Positions 40,671 to 52,220 of a DNA stretch of 64,000 nucleotides are shown one piece after another. Made by a program: the position numbers and the translations under genes. Position 1 is the stretch's first letter. Each line of letters starts with the position of its first letter. The notes beneath the pieces are model-generated. The model saw only the letters and a list, made by a program, of their open reading frames with translations. It was not told the DNA's origin and did not search any database. Source of the stretch: Naegleria gruberi (Eukaryota); assembly GCA_000004985.1 (NCBI GenBank), contig GG738847.1; one strand, given 5' to 3'.

Positions 40671-41952
40671 TTATTGTTGTTGTTTCTTAGTAAGTTTAGT
40701 TAAAGCATCCTTCCATTCATTTCCCATCTCCTTTTCACAATTAGGAACACATGCAGTGACAAGCCTGAATTCAATTTGATGATTAGGTGACTTTCCTTCA
40801 AGAATATCTCTATCATTCTCCCATGTGAATAGGCAAGTTCCTGCAAATTCAGCAAATGGATTCAATTCCACAATTTTCACTTGTTTTTCTCCATTCCTAT
40901 CTTGGACAATAATAATGTCGACAATGAAATTGGAAACTTGAATAGCTGGATTATTGATAATGTCCTTTTCCAAAAAGTTTCTCATTAATTGTTGAAGATC
41001 TTCCTTTTGTTTGATGAGTTGTGGAAAGTAAACAAAAGGATTGTATTGAGTAATGCCTGTCAATTTCTTATTACAAATAAATGCTCTAAATTCGTGAGCT
41101 ACATCAAATGTACACCACTATTTCCATTCATAATTTATAAAATTGATTGTGATAATTAGTTCAATATAATTGGATTAAAAGATATTAATTATAATAACAT
41201 ACCTCTCTGAGAATTAATTCATTCGTTTTAGTTGCATCTCCATAAACACCACTAGCAATCTTGTTCAACTCCTGTTGTGCTCTCTCAGATTCCACCAATA
41301 ATTGAACTGCATCCATTCCATTATTCAATTTGAGAGCAGAAGTTGAAGCCTTATACAAGGCATAGACATTTCTATTCATTTGCTCTTTAAAATCGATATT
41401 CATCTCCTTCTCCAATTTCAACAGCTCATTATAATGTTTCCACACAAGAGAAATAAATCCCAATCGATTGGTGGCAGCATCCTTTGGACTCATAGTTGCC
41501 ATTCTACAGAAGAATCCATCCTCTCTATTTGGCAAATCAACTGCACACTCATCCACTCTCTTGCACAAATTCAACAAGATCCCCCTTCTCTCATTCAACT
41601 CATGATCATCAGTATTGACATTCTTCCACTCCTCATATTGAATAACATTGTCCTCCGAATTGGCTTGTTCCGTATCTTGAGTTCTTCTGAAATTTGAAGA
41701 GAAATCCTGAAATTCAGCAATCAAAGCCTTTGCTTCTTCAACACTAATCTTCAAGCTCACCGATTGGAAGGTAAATTGTTTAATGGCTTGATAGTAGTGA
41801 TCAAAGGAAGTCTCCGATAAAAGCCTATTGTAGTCATCATCAGTTTCGCAATAGACTTTTACTTTATGATTGGCTGTATGTTGTTGTTGTTGTTGGGTAG
41901 TAGGAGTAGACTTTAAGGAAACTCCCTTGACAATATCTTGTAGGAAACTCAT
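40671..41952 (-). CDS. CDC123/D123 family protein with two exons: 41203..41952 and 40671..41117.
   Basis: D123 motifs FFCRMATMSPKDA and DIIIVQDRNGEKQVKIVELNPFAEFAGTCLFTWEND. An 85-nt intron (GTATGT...GAAATAG) joins them. Confidence 0.75.
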
Positions 41953-42263
41953 GATGATTTGGTGTTGATAATATTTAAATTAAAGTGTTGTTGATGGTGA
42001 AGAAAGAATAATATATTGTTTAATATATAGTACAGGTAATAATAATAATACAATGTTTTTTTACGGTTGTGTTGTTTGATGTTGAATACAGGCGAAGAAA
42101 TACTAGTTTCAAATCTCTTCTGTGGCTCTTCAATGAACTACGAACTCTTCATAATGTCTTCCAAGTTCATCACTGAATAATTTTTTAAATATTAATTTTC
42201 AAAATTATTTAAATTGGATTGTGGTGATGGTATTCAATATCGAGGAAATGAAATTAAATCTAT

Positions 42264-42653
42264 TTACACAATTACTCCAATAATATTCTCAATAGTTGGC
42301 ACTCCACTTCCTGAGACATGAATTTTAACTTGTTTTGTATCAAAATCAACATCCAAAGAACCACCGGCCCAGAAATTCATAAAAGCATTAAAAGCCTTCA
42401 CTGTTCCCTGATCCTCTCTCGTTCTCATAATCGAGCCAGTGTAGGCCGTTCTTGTATTGGTGGTATTTGGAGTCTTTTGTGGAGTAATAATTCTCTTGGT
42501 GCTTTGATAATTGTCGGGAATGATCTGCACAGTTCGATCTTGTCGAACAATAATGGTGCTGCTCGGATCAAGATCTAGTTGATTATTGGCAGAGAATTGA
42601 GTAAAGTTTACTCTAAAGGAATGAACAGTAGGTGATGTCGAAGTATTGCTCAT
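42264..42653 (-). CDS. Hypothetical small protein of about 129 aa.
   Basis: ORF starting MSNTSTSPTVHSF. An alternative upstream ATG lies at 42716. No family recognised. Confidence 0.35.
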   Translation of the reverse strand: MSNTSTSPTVHSFRVNFTQFSANNQLDLDPSSTIIVRQDRTVQIIPDNYQSTKRIITPQKTPNTTNTRTAYTGSIMRTREDQGTVKAFNAFMNFWAGGSLDVDFDTKQVKIHVSGSGVPTIENIIGVIV

Positions 42654-42888
42654 GATGATGATGAACTTGTTTTTTTGATTAAGATAATAATATAATAGAG
42701 AAGGGAAGATGAACATTGTGCAATCAAATTAGGAGTGTATAGTGTGGTACGATATTCTATCTTTCTTAAAAAGGTTGAATATCTTCCCTCAACAAGATAT
42801 CTGATGACCACAGTGCACCACACAAATAGTAATTCAATGTTGCAGATTTATTTACCAAAACACTTTGTAAACACTATTAGTATTATTA

Positions 42889-45800
42889 TCAAAATAACCC
42901 TTGTTGGTCCAATTCACTACTATGATAACGCCACAATTTACGTAGCAGTGATCTCTTGTAAGATCTGTAAATTGACCATACAGGATCTGCCATCTTGTCA
43001 CTATATAAGAGAATTCCTTTGAATTCACCAGTTGCCAGCATTTTAACCTTCGCTACAAGATGTGGAACTTTCTCAGTTTGACATAAGTAATAGAAGAGGG
43101 CTATATGAACTCCGTGTCCTCTCTTTCTTCCATAAATTATGCCTGCTGCTTCATAAATGTCACTAGTCGAAGCAAATAATGGACCGAGTTGATTGATTCC
43201 AGATGAATTCATTTCTGTAACGAAATTGGTATATAGCCCATTTCTTCTATTCTTGATGTGTTTTGTTATTGTGGCTCTGAGATGGTCTGTTCGTTGCTCT
43301 GGAGTGGTTGTAAATGGAGAAAGGTATTCACCCTTATCAATGGCATATCTTCTATCTGAATTCTTTTGATGATCAATGGTTTGTGTTAGTAATATTATTT
43401 TGGCAGCATTATCAAGTTCCAATGAAATTTCTGATTGTTGAGAGCCAAACATCCACTGCTTGATTTTGGTGAGATGCTTGTTAATATTCTTATTGTAAAA
43501 TTTATCAAGTTTCTGGAATAATTCTGTGGCTTTTGGAGAAAGTTGAGTCAATTCCAATACATAGTCAATTAAATCTTGATTTTCATCCACAAGTGGCTGA
43601 GAAGTAACAGTTTCAGTTTGTGAAACCTCGTCAGAAACTGTATTCTCTTCAACACCTACAAGTTTTCTCATTATCTCTCCATATTGATATATCTTATCAG
43701 ACGAATTATTTAAAAGTTCCATAAATTTCTCCTTCTTTCTAGAAACAAATTGATTAATCATTGTTTCTGTATCTACATTCAATAATTCGAACCACAAGTC
43801 AACTGAAACTTCTGGAATATTTAGCACAAAAGCTCCCTTTCTTCTCAATTCCTCCTCAGCAATATTCTTAAAGAAGAGATTTGTGTCCACTTGACTATTC
43901 GAAACATCAATCAATCCTATCTTGTTTGAACACAACAGTTGAGTGATAAATACTTCATTGTTAGGGATCACATCAAGTGTTCTACTTTCTGGCAACATGT
44001 TATACTGTGAGAAGAGTTTGGTTAAAGTTTCGGACAATTTCTCCTCCACTTTTTCTGCAGAGCATTCCTTTACAATTTGTAAACAAGTGTCCATGACTAG
44101 TTTCAATCTCAAAGCTTGGAATTCAGTGAGTTGACCTTCTGAACTTTCTTGAAGCAATTTGTACAGTACTAAAAATGGAATGGTCTTGAATTGTTCGAAA
44201 GAGTATCCCATAATATCTAATGTTGCAATGAATCCCAAAATTGGCTTCATCTTTTGTCTTGAAACCCTCCAGTGTTCTTCACTAATGTACAATGGAAGAA
44301 CTGCATTGATACTTTCTCTGGAGGCACCTGAAATAATCTTTGATTGACTGTTCGAAACTTGACCTTGACTTACAGGTACATCTTTGAAACCACCATGTGA
44401 ATCCTCAACATTATAGGCACTTCCAAGTGAGAAAGTCACAGAATCAAGGAAAGATTCGGCAGACATCATAGAGTTGGACACTGAAACAATTTGGACTCTG
44501 CTTGGATCAGCAATTGCTGCCTGAGGACGATTCACTTGTAATCCCAAACAGAGACAGTCCTTATCCTGTAATAGATCAATCCAATTTGAGGTGGTATAGA
44601 AGCATGGACCGATTTCCTCAGCTTGTTTGGAGTATTTTTCCTTAATTTCCGTAAAGTTCATTGAATCTACTGATTCTTGAATGATGTTTTCTGCCTGTTC
44701 GAATAATTCAACATTGGCTTGAGCTCTTAAATCCAATTTCTTTTGTAAGCTTCTCTTTGTGATGGATCTATAAGCAAGAGTATTCAAATTTGCAATCTTT
44801 TCATTAGATAAAGTTCCAACCATTGATTCTGCAAGAATCTTGTTAAAGTTTGCTAAAGATTCAAAAATTGGTTGAATCATTTGATAGAGAGTTCTTCTCA
44901 CTGACTTGTCACGCATCTTTCTAATGTCAGTTGTTATTGATTCAAGCTTTTCTTCAATAGCTTTACACTTGATATGAATTTCCTTAAGGGAAGAGCTGTT
45001 TTTGGTAATTAAACCAGCAGCTTCAATCAAGAACTTTTCAATTATCATGATTTGATAGGATAGTTTTTCAACTGAACTAAGTTCAGGTCTTTTAAATGCT
45101 TCATAGGAAAGTGGAATAATCAACTCATTTTCTCCAAATTCAAGATATAATTCACAATCAGGAGTAATATCAGTATTGATGAGAGATTGAATAATAAATT
45201 CAGATTTGTCATTATCTTGCTCCAACTTGACTCTTTCTCTGAATATTTCATTTCCTTCCTTATTCTTGACAATTAATTGACATGTGAATGAACTTCCCTT
45301 GACTAGTTCAGTCAAACTAGCCATACATGGGGCAATAGAAGAAACTGACTCTGCAAACTGAAAAGAACCTTGAGCAGTTCCCAATCTTGTAATATCTGTC
45401 AATAATCTTGCATCATGAACTGATGTGAAACCAATGGTATGAAATTCATAAGATTCACTCTCAGTATTTAATCGTTCTTGCAATGATTTAATTGACCCTT
45501 CTCTAGTTGAATTTGACGAATATTGATCTTGACCATCGGTAAAGAAAATAATTGCAACTTGTCCATTCAATGAACCACCATAGTTCCGAATAATTTTAAA
45601 AACAGACGAAAAGTCAGTTCCACCTCCAGCACTCACTTTCTTCACAACTTGCAACTTGTTTTCAAGTTCCATATTTGTCATGTCAATTAATTCCGAATTA
45701 CTATCAAAAACAATAAACAAAATTCTCTCATTACAACCTTCAACATTTGACAATAAAGTTTCAAGTGCCAATTTTGCTTCAGAAATTCCACTCCCAGCCA

Positions 45801-46101
45801 TCGATCCCGATTTATCCAAAGCAATAATCAATAATTTTCCTTGATTTTTCGAAGTATGCTGCTGCTGCCAGAACTCATCTCTGATCGCCAACTGAATGCG
45901 AACAATTTCAATTGGCGTTGTTGTAGTAGTATTGGTAGGATCACTCAGAGGCGAAGCAACACTGAAAAATTCTTGTTTGATGACCGACACGAAAAATGAT
46001 GCATCAGTAATTTGTGATTTTTGTTTTGCATTTTTTTTTCTTTTAAAATGTTGTAAACGTGATACGTGAACTTTGCTGATATTCATTTCTTCCACATGCA
46101 C
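42889..46101 (-). CDS. Large protein with an N-terminal von Willebrand factor A (vWA) domain, 1070 aa.
   Basis: MIDAS motifs LIIALDKSGSMAGSG and AIIFFTDGQDQ. A long alpha-helical remainder follows. Single exon. Confidence 0.75.
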   Translation of the reverse strand: MHVEEMNISKVHVSRLQHFKRKKNAKQKSQITDASFFVSVIKQEFFSVASPLSDPTNTTTTTPIEIVRIQLAIRDEFWQQQHTSKNQGKLLIIALDKSGSMAGSGISEAKLALETLLSNVEGCNERILFIVFDSNSELIDMTNMELENKLQVVKKVSAGGGTDFSSVFKIIRNYGGSLNGQVAIIFFTDGQDQYSSNSTREGSIKSLQERLNTESESYEFHTIGFTSVHDARLLTDITRLGTAQGSFQFAESVSSIAPCMASLTELVKGSSFTCQLIVKNKEGNEIFRERVKLEQDNDKSEFIIQSLINTDITPDCELYLEFGENELIIPLSYEAFKRPELSSVEKLSYQIMIIEKFLIEAAGLITKNSSSLKEIHIKCKAIEEKLESITTDIRKMRDKSVRRTLYQMIQPIFESLANFNKILAESMVGTLSNEKIANLNTLAYRSITKRSLQKKLDLRAQANVELFEQAENIIQESVDSMNFTEIKEKYSKQAEEIGPCFYTTSNWIDLLQDKDCLCLGLQVNRPQAAIADPSRVQIVSVSNSMMSAESFLDSVTFSLGSAYNVEDSHGGFKDVPVSQGQVSNSQSKIISGASRESINAVLPLYISEEHWRVSRQKMKPILGFIATLDIMGYSFEQFKTIPFLVLYKLLQESSEGQLTEFQALRLKLVMDTCLQIVKECSAEKVEEKLSETLTKLFSQYNMLPESRTLDVIPNNEVFITQLLCSNKIGLIDVSNSQVDTNLFFKNIAEEELRRKGAFVLNIPEVSVDLWFELLNVDTETMINQFVSRKKEKFMELLNNSSDKIYQYGEIMRKLVGVEENTVSDEVSQTETVTSQPLVDENQDLIDYVLELTQLSPKATELFQKLDKFYNKNINKHLTKIKQWMFGSQQSEISLELDNAAKIILLTQTIDHQKNSDRRYAIDKGEYLSPFTTTPEQRTDHLRATITKHIKNRRNGLYTNFVTEMNSSGINQLGPLFASTSDIYEAAGIIYGRKRGHGVHIALFYYLCQTEKVPHLVAKVKMLATGEFKGILLYSDKMADPVWSIYRSYKRSLLRKLWRYHSSELDQQGLF

Positions 46102-46365
46102 TCTCTAGCATTCTGCAATTGCATATGAGGCATGTGTTGATTGTGTTGCTGGTTCAGTGTGGATTTTGCATTCAATGTTAACAGTGCACTATGAGGATTG
46201 ATTGGGAATGGTGATTCAATATTTGATTTCAAATTGTTGTGTGGTTTTCAATGGTTTATTGGGATATTTCTGTATGGGATCACTATTTAATTCTAACTCA
46301 CAACTTCAGCAATATCATATGATTTGAATGTCAAGTGTCAATAGTAGAAACAAATTCATTAAAAA

Positions 46366-48475
46366 ATGTCCTCATTGACGATCATTAAAAAATGTGTCTT
46401 TGGTAGGTAGTACTCTGCTTCAATCATTCGCTCATCAACTTTAGTTGGAAGTTGTTATAGAGAAAAAACAGCACTTCTTTGTACCGTTTCGACTGGAACC
46501 TATCCGGAAGGTAAGTTTCGAATAATTATTTCACAAAAATTGATAACTTTTATAGAATATGTACCTACCGTGATGGATAATCATTATGTTACTTTGAAAT
46601 TTGAAGGAACTTCTTTTTCGTTAGGGTTGTGGGATACGGCTGGTCAAGAAGAGTAAGTTGAAAATTTGGCATTTGACAATTTGACTGTTACTAGATGGGA
46701 GTAAGTATTCAAGTAGAGATCTTTTGTGGATTGATCAAACTAGTCGTTTGAGACCACTTTCTTATCCAGAGTATGTAAAATTCTTTTCATTTCTCAAAAA
46801 CGAAACCTTTCCAATAGAACTAATGTATTTGTTGTTTGTTTTTCAATTGTAGATTACGCATCCTTCACTGATGTCAAGTATAAATGGGTTCCAGAACTCC
46901 ATCATCACTGTCCTGATGCTACAATCATCTTGTGTGCAGTCCAGATTGAACTCAGAAATGACGAAACTAGACGAATTGAAGTCACCAAAGAAATGGCAGA
47001 AGAAATGGCAAAGGAAACCAATTGTGCTGGTTATATCGAATGTTCTGCAAAAAATGGAATTGGAATTAGCGAACTACTCGAAACAATTAAGGAATTTGCA
47101 TTATTTCCTGAGAGAGCAGATAAAAAATCAAAAAAGAAATCTTCAAGCAAATCTGGAATTTTTGGAAGATTGAAGAATGTTTTCCAAGTTAAACCAACTG
47201 GTAATTCACCTAATTCATCTCCAACTATAATGGAATCGAAGCAATCTTCTGACAATTCAACAATTATTCGATTGCCAATGCTTAGTACACCAAATGTCAT
47301 GCCAGATGTCAGAACTACACCAGTAATTGAAGAGAAGCAAGCAAATAGTCCATCAATGTCAAGAGATTTCAATCAAGTTCCATTTGAGGATTGGACAGCT
47401 GAAGAAGTTTCAAAATGGCTTCAATCCAAAGGTTGCAATCAAACAGTCATTGACAGTAAGTATTTCACATGAATATTTTAACAATTGACATTTTCAAGCA
47501 TTGAAGAATAATGATTTTGGAGGAACTGCCCTGCTCTATTGTGATAAACAAGATTTAACAAGTTTGGGAATTTCTTTAGGAAATTCAATTACAATTATGA
47601 AATGGATTGAAAGTTTTAAAAAGAATTCTGACACTGGTTCAGCAACACCTTCATTGGAAAAACAATCTGTTGGAAGCAGTGTTGGTAACTCTTCATCGTC
47701 CTCCTCTGATTTCCCTTCCTCTTTCCAAATGGATTTGAAAGCTAACGAAACTTTTTCCAATAACAATGAAAAGGAGCAAGAAAATGAATTTGAAAAGAGA
47801 TATATCATTTTGGAGAAATTGGGAGAAGGTGGATTTGGAAAGGTCTATAAAGTAAAGACCAAAAAGACAAATCAAATTAGAGCTGTCAAGATTGTTTCAC
47901 CAAGTCAGGATTTCACAATCAATCAGGCCTTATCTGAAGCATTGAAACAAGCTCAATTATATAGAGATGATAATCACATTGTTCACGTGTATGATGTCTT
48001 TATTGCAGTGGAGAATTATGGGCAGATTGTTTGCATTGAAATGGATTGTATGGAGGGAAATCTACGTACAATCTTTAGAGGAAGAAAGGTTTCGGAAGGA
48101 ATGATTTGGTCAATTCTGAGGCAAATTGGAGCTGCTCTCAAGTTCCTTTCTGAGAGTGGAAAGATTGTACACAGAGATATCAAACCAGATAATATTCTTG
48201 TTAAGAAAGTGGATTTTGAAACAGACGAAATTGACGTTTATTTGAGTGATTTCGGATTGGCCAAGTCAACCCAAAATTCCATGCAAACATCACATCTTTC
48301 AGGAACCATTTTCTTCCTAGCTCCAGAAATTCTTGATTTTGGAAATTCATTGAATGGTGAGACATGTCGTACTCCTTATTCGATTGCTTCTGATATATTT
48401 GCACTAGGAGTTTCTCTCTATCAAATTATGTGTCAAACGTTGCATCGTTCCTCGCAACTAGCCAACCTTTCTTAA
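46366..48475 (+). CDS. Rho-family-like GTPase fused to a SAM domain and a Ser/Thr protein kinase. Seven exons: 46366..46402, 46445..46510, 46556..46652, 46695..46700, 46744..46770, 46818..47455, 47499..48475.
   Basis: The spliced product reads MSSLTIIKKCVFGVGSCYREKTALLCTVSTGTYPEEYVPTVMDNHYVTLKFEGTSFSLGLWDTAGQEEWDRLRPLSYPETNVFVVCFSIVDYASFTDVKYKWVPELHHHCPDATIILCAVQIELRND...YIECSAKNG. This is co-linear with RhoA. The 6-nt microexon ATGGGA supplies the EW of the QEDYD-equivalent. A SAM domain (FEDWTAEEVSKWLQSKGCNQTVID|TLKNNDFGGTALLYCDKQDLTSLGISLGNSITIMKWI) spans the last intron. The kinase carries GEGGFGKVYK, HRDIKPDNILV, SDFGLAKS and FFLAPE. Confidence 0.7.
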
Positions 48476-49249
48476 TTTCTTGAATAAATATATGTTACAT
48501 TGCAAATTAATAAAAACAAGATTGAGAACAAGTAATTATACTAATGGGTATTAAAGCTCAGGGACTGTTTCACCTTTAAGGTGATTCAGCCTTGAGACCT
48601 ACCTTAATGGATATAAATATTTATTAAAGATGTGGGCTTTCAAATATTCCCCTTTGGAATCTGACAGCCCGTTGACATTAATTGTTGTGATAATTCAACA
48701 AGAATTTCTTTTCTACTAAAATTTCTACTATATGCACTGGGACAATTCGAATTTCAATATTAAAATAGTTCAAACATTAAGCAAGACAACCATTCAAGAA
48801 TTCCTTTAATTAGTATTTCACTTCTTAAATGTTTTCTTCTTTGTCTTTTGGATCGATCTTAGTAAGTGACATATTTATTATTACTAACATTTTCAAACAG
48901 AAATATTTATTATGGCAAAATCTCTCCGTCCAGATTGTTTTAACCAATTTTTCCTGCTTTGCAGGAGTAGTTCTATTTCAATCTCGATTTTGTAAACAAC
49001 TTTTTTAACTTGCTGAATAAAGTTAATGACCTAAAAAGCAACATTCTGACCAACATATCTCATCCTTTTGGAAGAAGAATATATTGAGTAAGCTTCTACC
49101 TAATAGTTTATCAACGATTGTCTAGATTGTTTTATTGTTTCTTTTGGAGAAATAAGCTTAATACCTAAAAACAGCAGTAACCAAGTTACAAACCACCTTA
49201 TTGTATATTTATTAAATGGAATATTTTTTATGATAAATTTTTAACAAAA

Positions 49250-50404
49250 TTAAAATCCAAATTGTTCATCACTAAATGGTGACGAATACATGACATCCCA
49301 TGATCTCTTATCAACAATGCAAACGGATCCGTCTTGTTTGAAATCTTCACTACTCACACAATAAGGAGTTACCCACTCTGGTACTGATGTTAAAATATTG
49401 GCTCCCATATATCTCAAAATTGCTCTGTCAGAGCATTTAACAGACATCTCATTAAATGTAATCTCATCAAGTAAAAGTGCCAATTCCTTGTTCAATCGTT
49501 CGGTAAAATTATTCATCATGGTTGTTCCTCCAGAGAGAATTATATTATTGGAAAGATCGAGAGAATCATCATTAATTTTAGTAATGCATTCCTTGACCAA
49601 TTGTGGAATAGATGAGCAATTATTGGTAAAGAGTATTTCAGATACTTGTTTGAATTCTTCCTTACATTCTCCAATGTTAATTGTCACTGTATCAGTCACA
49701 TTGAAACTCTCATAAAGTGGGAAATTCTCACAGGTGGCACTCACATATTTTGCCTTGAGTCTATTCACAATTTCATCTGAAAAGATATTCGAATCGTGCT
49801 TTTCAAAATGTTTCTGTAAAGAATTCTTTAACTTTTCTGTCAAGTGTCTTCCACTCACACTTCCAATACACAGTGAATCCATTCTCACTTGGCCATCCAC
49901 AACAGCAATCACATACGAAGAATTCTCTCCAACATGAACAACCAATCCAGACATGAACTCCACTCCACTTGCAACCAAACTCATATAAGCAGCATCTTGA
50001 ATCGACAAGTGAGAAATCTTGAAATCTTCAAACAAGACTTTACAAATCACTTCTCTCCTTTTCAAATCATCAACATGATCCAATGGAGAATCAATAATCA
50101 AAACAGATTCCAAATTATTATCCTTTTCAATATTCAACACTTCCAAAGCCTTTGAAATATTTAATTTGAGTTCTTCCGAATATTTTACTAATTTTCCTTC
50201 AGCATCATTATCATCATCATGAAGAATATTAATTTTACGGAATGATCGGGATGGTCTATCTTCCATGATATTTGTCTTTCCACATCGAATGGTGGATTGA
50301 CTAGATAGATCAATGATAATTGCAGATGATGTTGATTGGGAATTATTTGCGAGCCAATCTTCAAAGTTTGATGAAGTAAATTCTGTGCTTTCAAAATTTT
50401 CCAT
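49250..50404 (-). CDS. Divergent actin-related protein (actin family).
   Basis: Actin-fold blocks LIIDSPLD, HVGENSSYVIAVVDGQV and NIILSGGTTMMNNFTERLNKEL. Confidence 0.75.
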   Translation of the reverse strand: MENFESTEFTSSNFEDWLANNSQSTSSAIIIDLSSQSTIRCGKTNIMEDRPSRSFRKINILHDDDNDAEGKLVKYSEELKLNISKALEVLNIEKDNNLESVLIIDSPLDHVDDLKRREVICKVLFEDFKISHLSIQDAAYMSLVASGVEFMSGLVVHVGENSSYVIAVVDGQVRMDSLCIGSVSGRHLTEKLKNSLQKHFEKHDSNIFSDEIVNRLKAKYVSATCENFPLYESFNVTDTVTINIGECKEEFKQVSEILFTNNCSSIPQLVKECITKINDDSLDLSNNIILSGGTTMMNNFTERLNKELALLLDEITFNEMSVKCSDRAILRYMGANILTSVPEWVTPYCVSSEDFKQDGSVCIVDKRSWDVMYSSPFSDEQFGF

Positions 50405-50582
50405 TTTTTTTATAAAAAATTAATTTAAAAAAATTTACAATAATTAAATATTTGTTATTAAGTAATTCAATCATTTCAGAAACAACAAATTAAAGAGCTG
50501 ATACATCTGTTTTCACAGCAAGCATTATATGATCTGATTTGTCAGACACCAACAAATTGTAAAATATCAAAATCACTATATT

Positions 50583-51653
50583 TTAATTCAAATAATCCTT
50601 GCACAAATCGAGAGAGGTTTGCCACAATGTATCTTGCAATGAAACATTATCTTCAAACTTATTTCCAAGCTTTGTAGCACAATCGGCATAATAACTTCCA
50701 GATTTCAATTTACTCTTATCCTCCAATGCAGTGTGAAGAGTGGTTTGAGCTCCTTGGAGAGCTGACTTGGTGAAATACCACATTGCTGGGAATATGATTC
50801 CACCCAAAGTGAAGCTTCTTCCGAGCAGGGACCGGACAATGCCAGGATGGCAAGCATAAGATGTAGCTTCACTTCCATTTGCCAATTCACGAGCAAGTCT
50901 CTTTGTGAATAAAAGGTTTGAGAATTTGGATCTGTAATAGAGTTCGTATGGATTGGCCAATTTGCTTCCATCTCCAATGACAACATCTGGCTTGAATGAA
51001 CAGAATCCTTCAAGATCACTTTCCTTCTTAATTCCACTAGCAGCTAATGAAGACAAGTTGACAACTCTACCATTTGATTGCTTAATCATGTCCAATAACA
51101 AGTAGGTCAATAAGAAGTGACCCAAGTGATTAGTACCGAATTGAATTTCCACATTTTGCCTTGTTGTGGCATGTGGACACATCATGATACCAGCATTATT
51201 AATCAAAATATCCAAAGTAGTGAATTTTGACTTGAATTCCTCAGTAAACTTCTTAATAGAAGCCAAATCAGTCAGATCCATCAACATGACAATCAAACGA
51301 TCAGCTCCACCTCCATTTTCCTCAGTAATCATCTTCTTGGATTCATTACCATTCTTTTCAGAACGAACTCCCAAAATAACAGTTGCTCCCAAACTATGTA
51401 AAACCTTACTAGTTTCATATCCAATACCATAAGGGCTAGCACCAGTAACAATAATAGTCTTTCCCTTCAAAGATGACTTGTTAGCCAATAATTCTCCTCT
51501 CACAACACCTCCATTGAAAAACTTCTTTCCGAAATACAATCCAAGACCACCCAAAATAGATGAACAAGCCAATTTCAAATAACCTTGTGGGGATAATCCT
51601 TGGAAATAATAAACAGCTTCAATCAATTTAGTTTCCAGAAATTCAGAAATCAT
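50583..51653 (-). CDS. Short-chain dehydrogenase/reductase (SDR), retinol dehydrogenase / WWOX-like.
   Basis: Cofactor motif TIIVTGASPYGIGYET. NNAG motif ILINNAGIMMCP. YxxxK motif YYRSKFSNLLF. Confidence 0.8.
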   Translation of the reverse strand: MISEFLETKLIEAVYYFQGLSPQGYLKLACSSILGGLGLYFGKKFFNGGVVRGELLANKSSLKGKTIIVTGASPYGIGYETSKVLHSLGATVILGVRSEKNGNESKKMITEENGGGADRLIVMLMDLTDLASIKKFTEEFKSKFTTLDILINNAGIMMCPHATTRQNVEIQFGTNHLGHFLLTYLLLDMIKQSNGRVVNLSSLAASGIKKESDLEGFCSFKPDVVIGDGSKLANPYELYYRSKFSNLLFTKRLARELANGSEATSYACHPGIVRSLLGRSFTLGGIIFPAMWYFTKSALQGAQTTLHTALEDKSKLKSGSYYADCATKLGNKFEDNVSLQDTLWQTSLDLCKDYLN

Positions 51654-52220
51654 TGTGCTGATGAGATTTAATTTTTTTTTAAATTATTAATTTTTTGTAT
51701 TGGTGTGATGATGGCGGAATTAGATGAAGAGCAAGTTCCTCCTATTGCGACACAAAATACATAGCAAAGTATCAACAATGATAGTAGTGAGATGAAGCTC
51801 TTTTGTGGTAATTAAATGATAATAAGCTCTTTTGGTACGAGTGAGGACAATATTAAGTAATTGTCATCATTTCCATTACATTATCATGTTGTTTTTTCTA
51901 ATTGTTATTGTAACACAAGCGAAGGAGTACAAGTCATCCACACAATGTAACACTTATAGTGAACACAGCCAATATTATTGTAACCTTGCCAAATATTTAT
52001 CTCCAACTGTTTTCATAGAAAGACACTTCTTATTATGATCACACATTGCGGAATCTCAAAGCTTCAAAAAACACAAAAAATCTCATCAATATTCTCTTCT
52101 ATTGTGTGTATTGGATGAAATCACAATACTCCAACTACTACTACTACTAATCATCATCATCTCATCAATATATATTAATCATCATCAAAGAAGCAAATTA
52201 ATAATTATCATCATTTAAAT

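Noticed and set aside
42889-43100. Possible alpha-kinase (vWA-kinase type) C-terminus on the vWA protein, suggested by ...LDQQG at the very end
   Set aside because: The ORF terminates two codons later. The nearest downstream GT (GTTATT) is a poor donor, and no upstream alpha-kinase N-lobe or Lys motif is apparent, so this is treated as coincidence.
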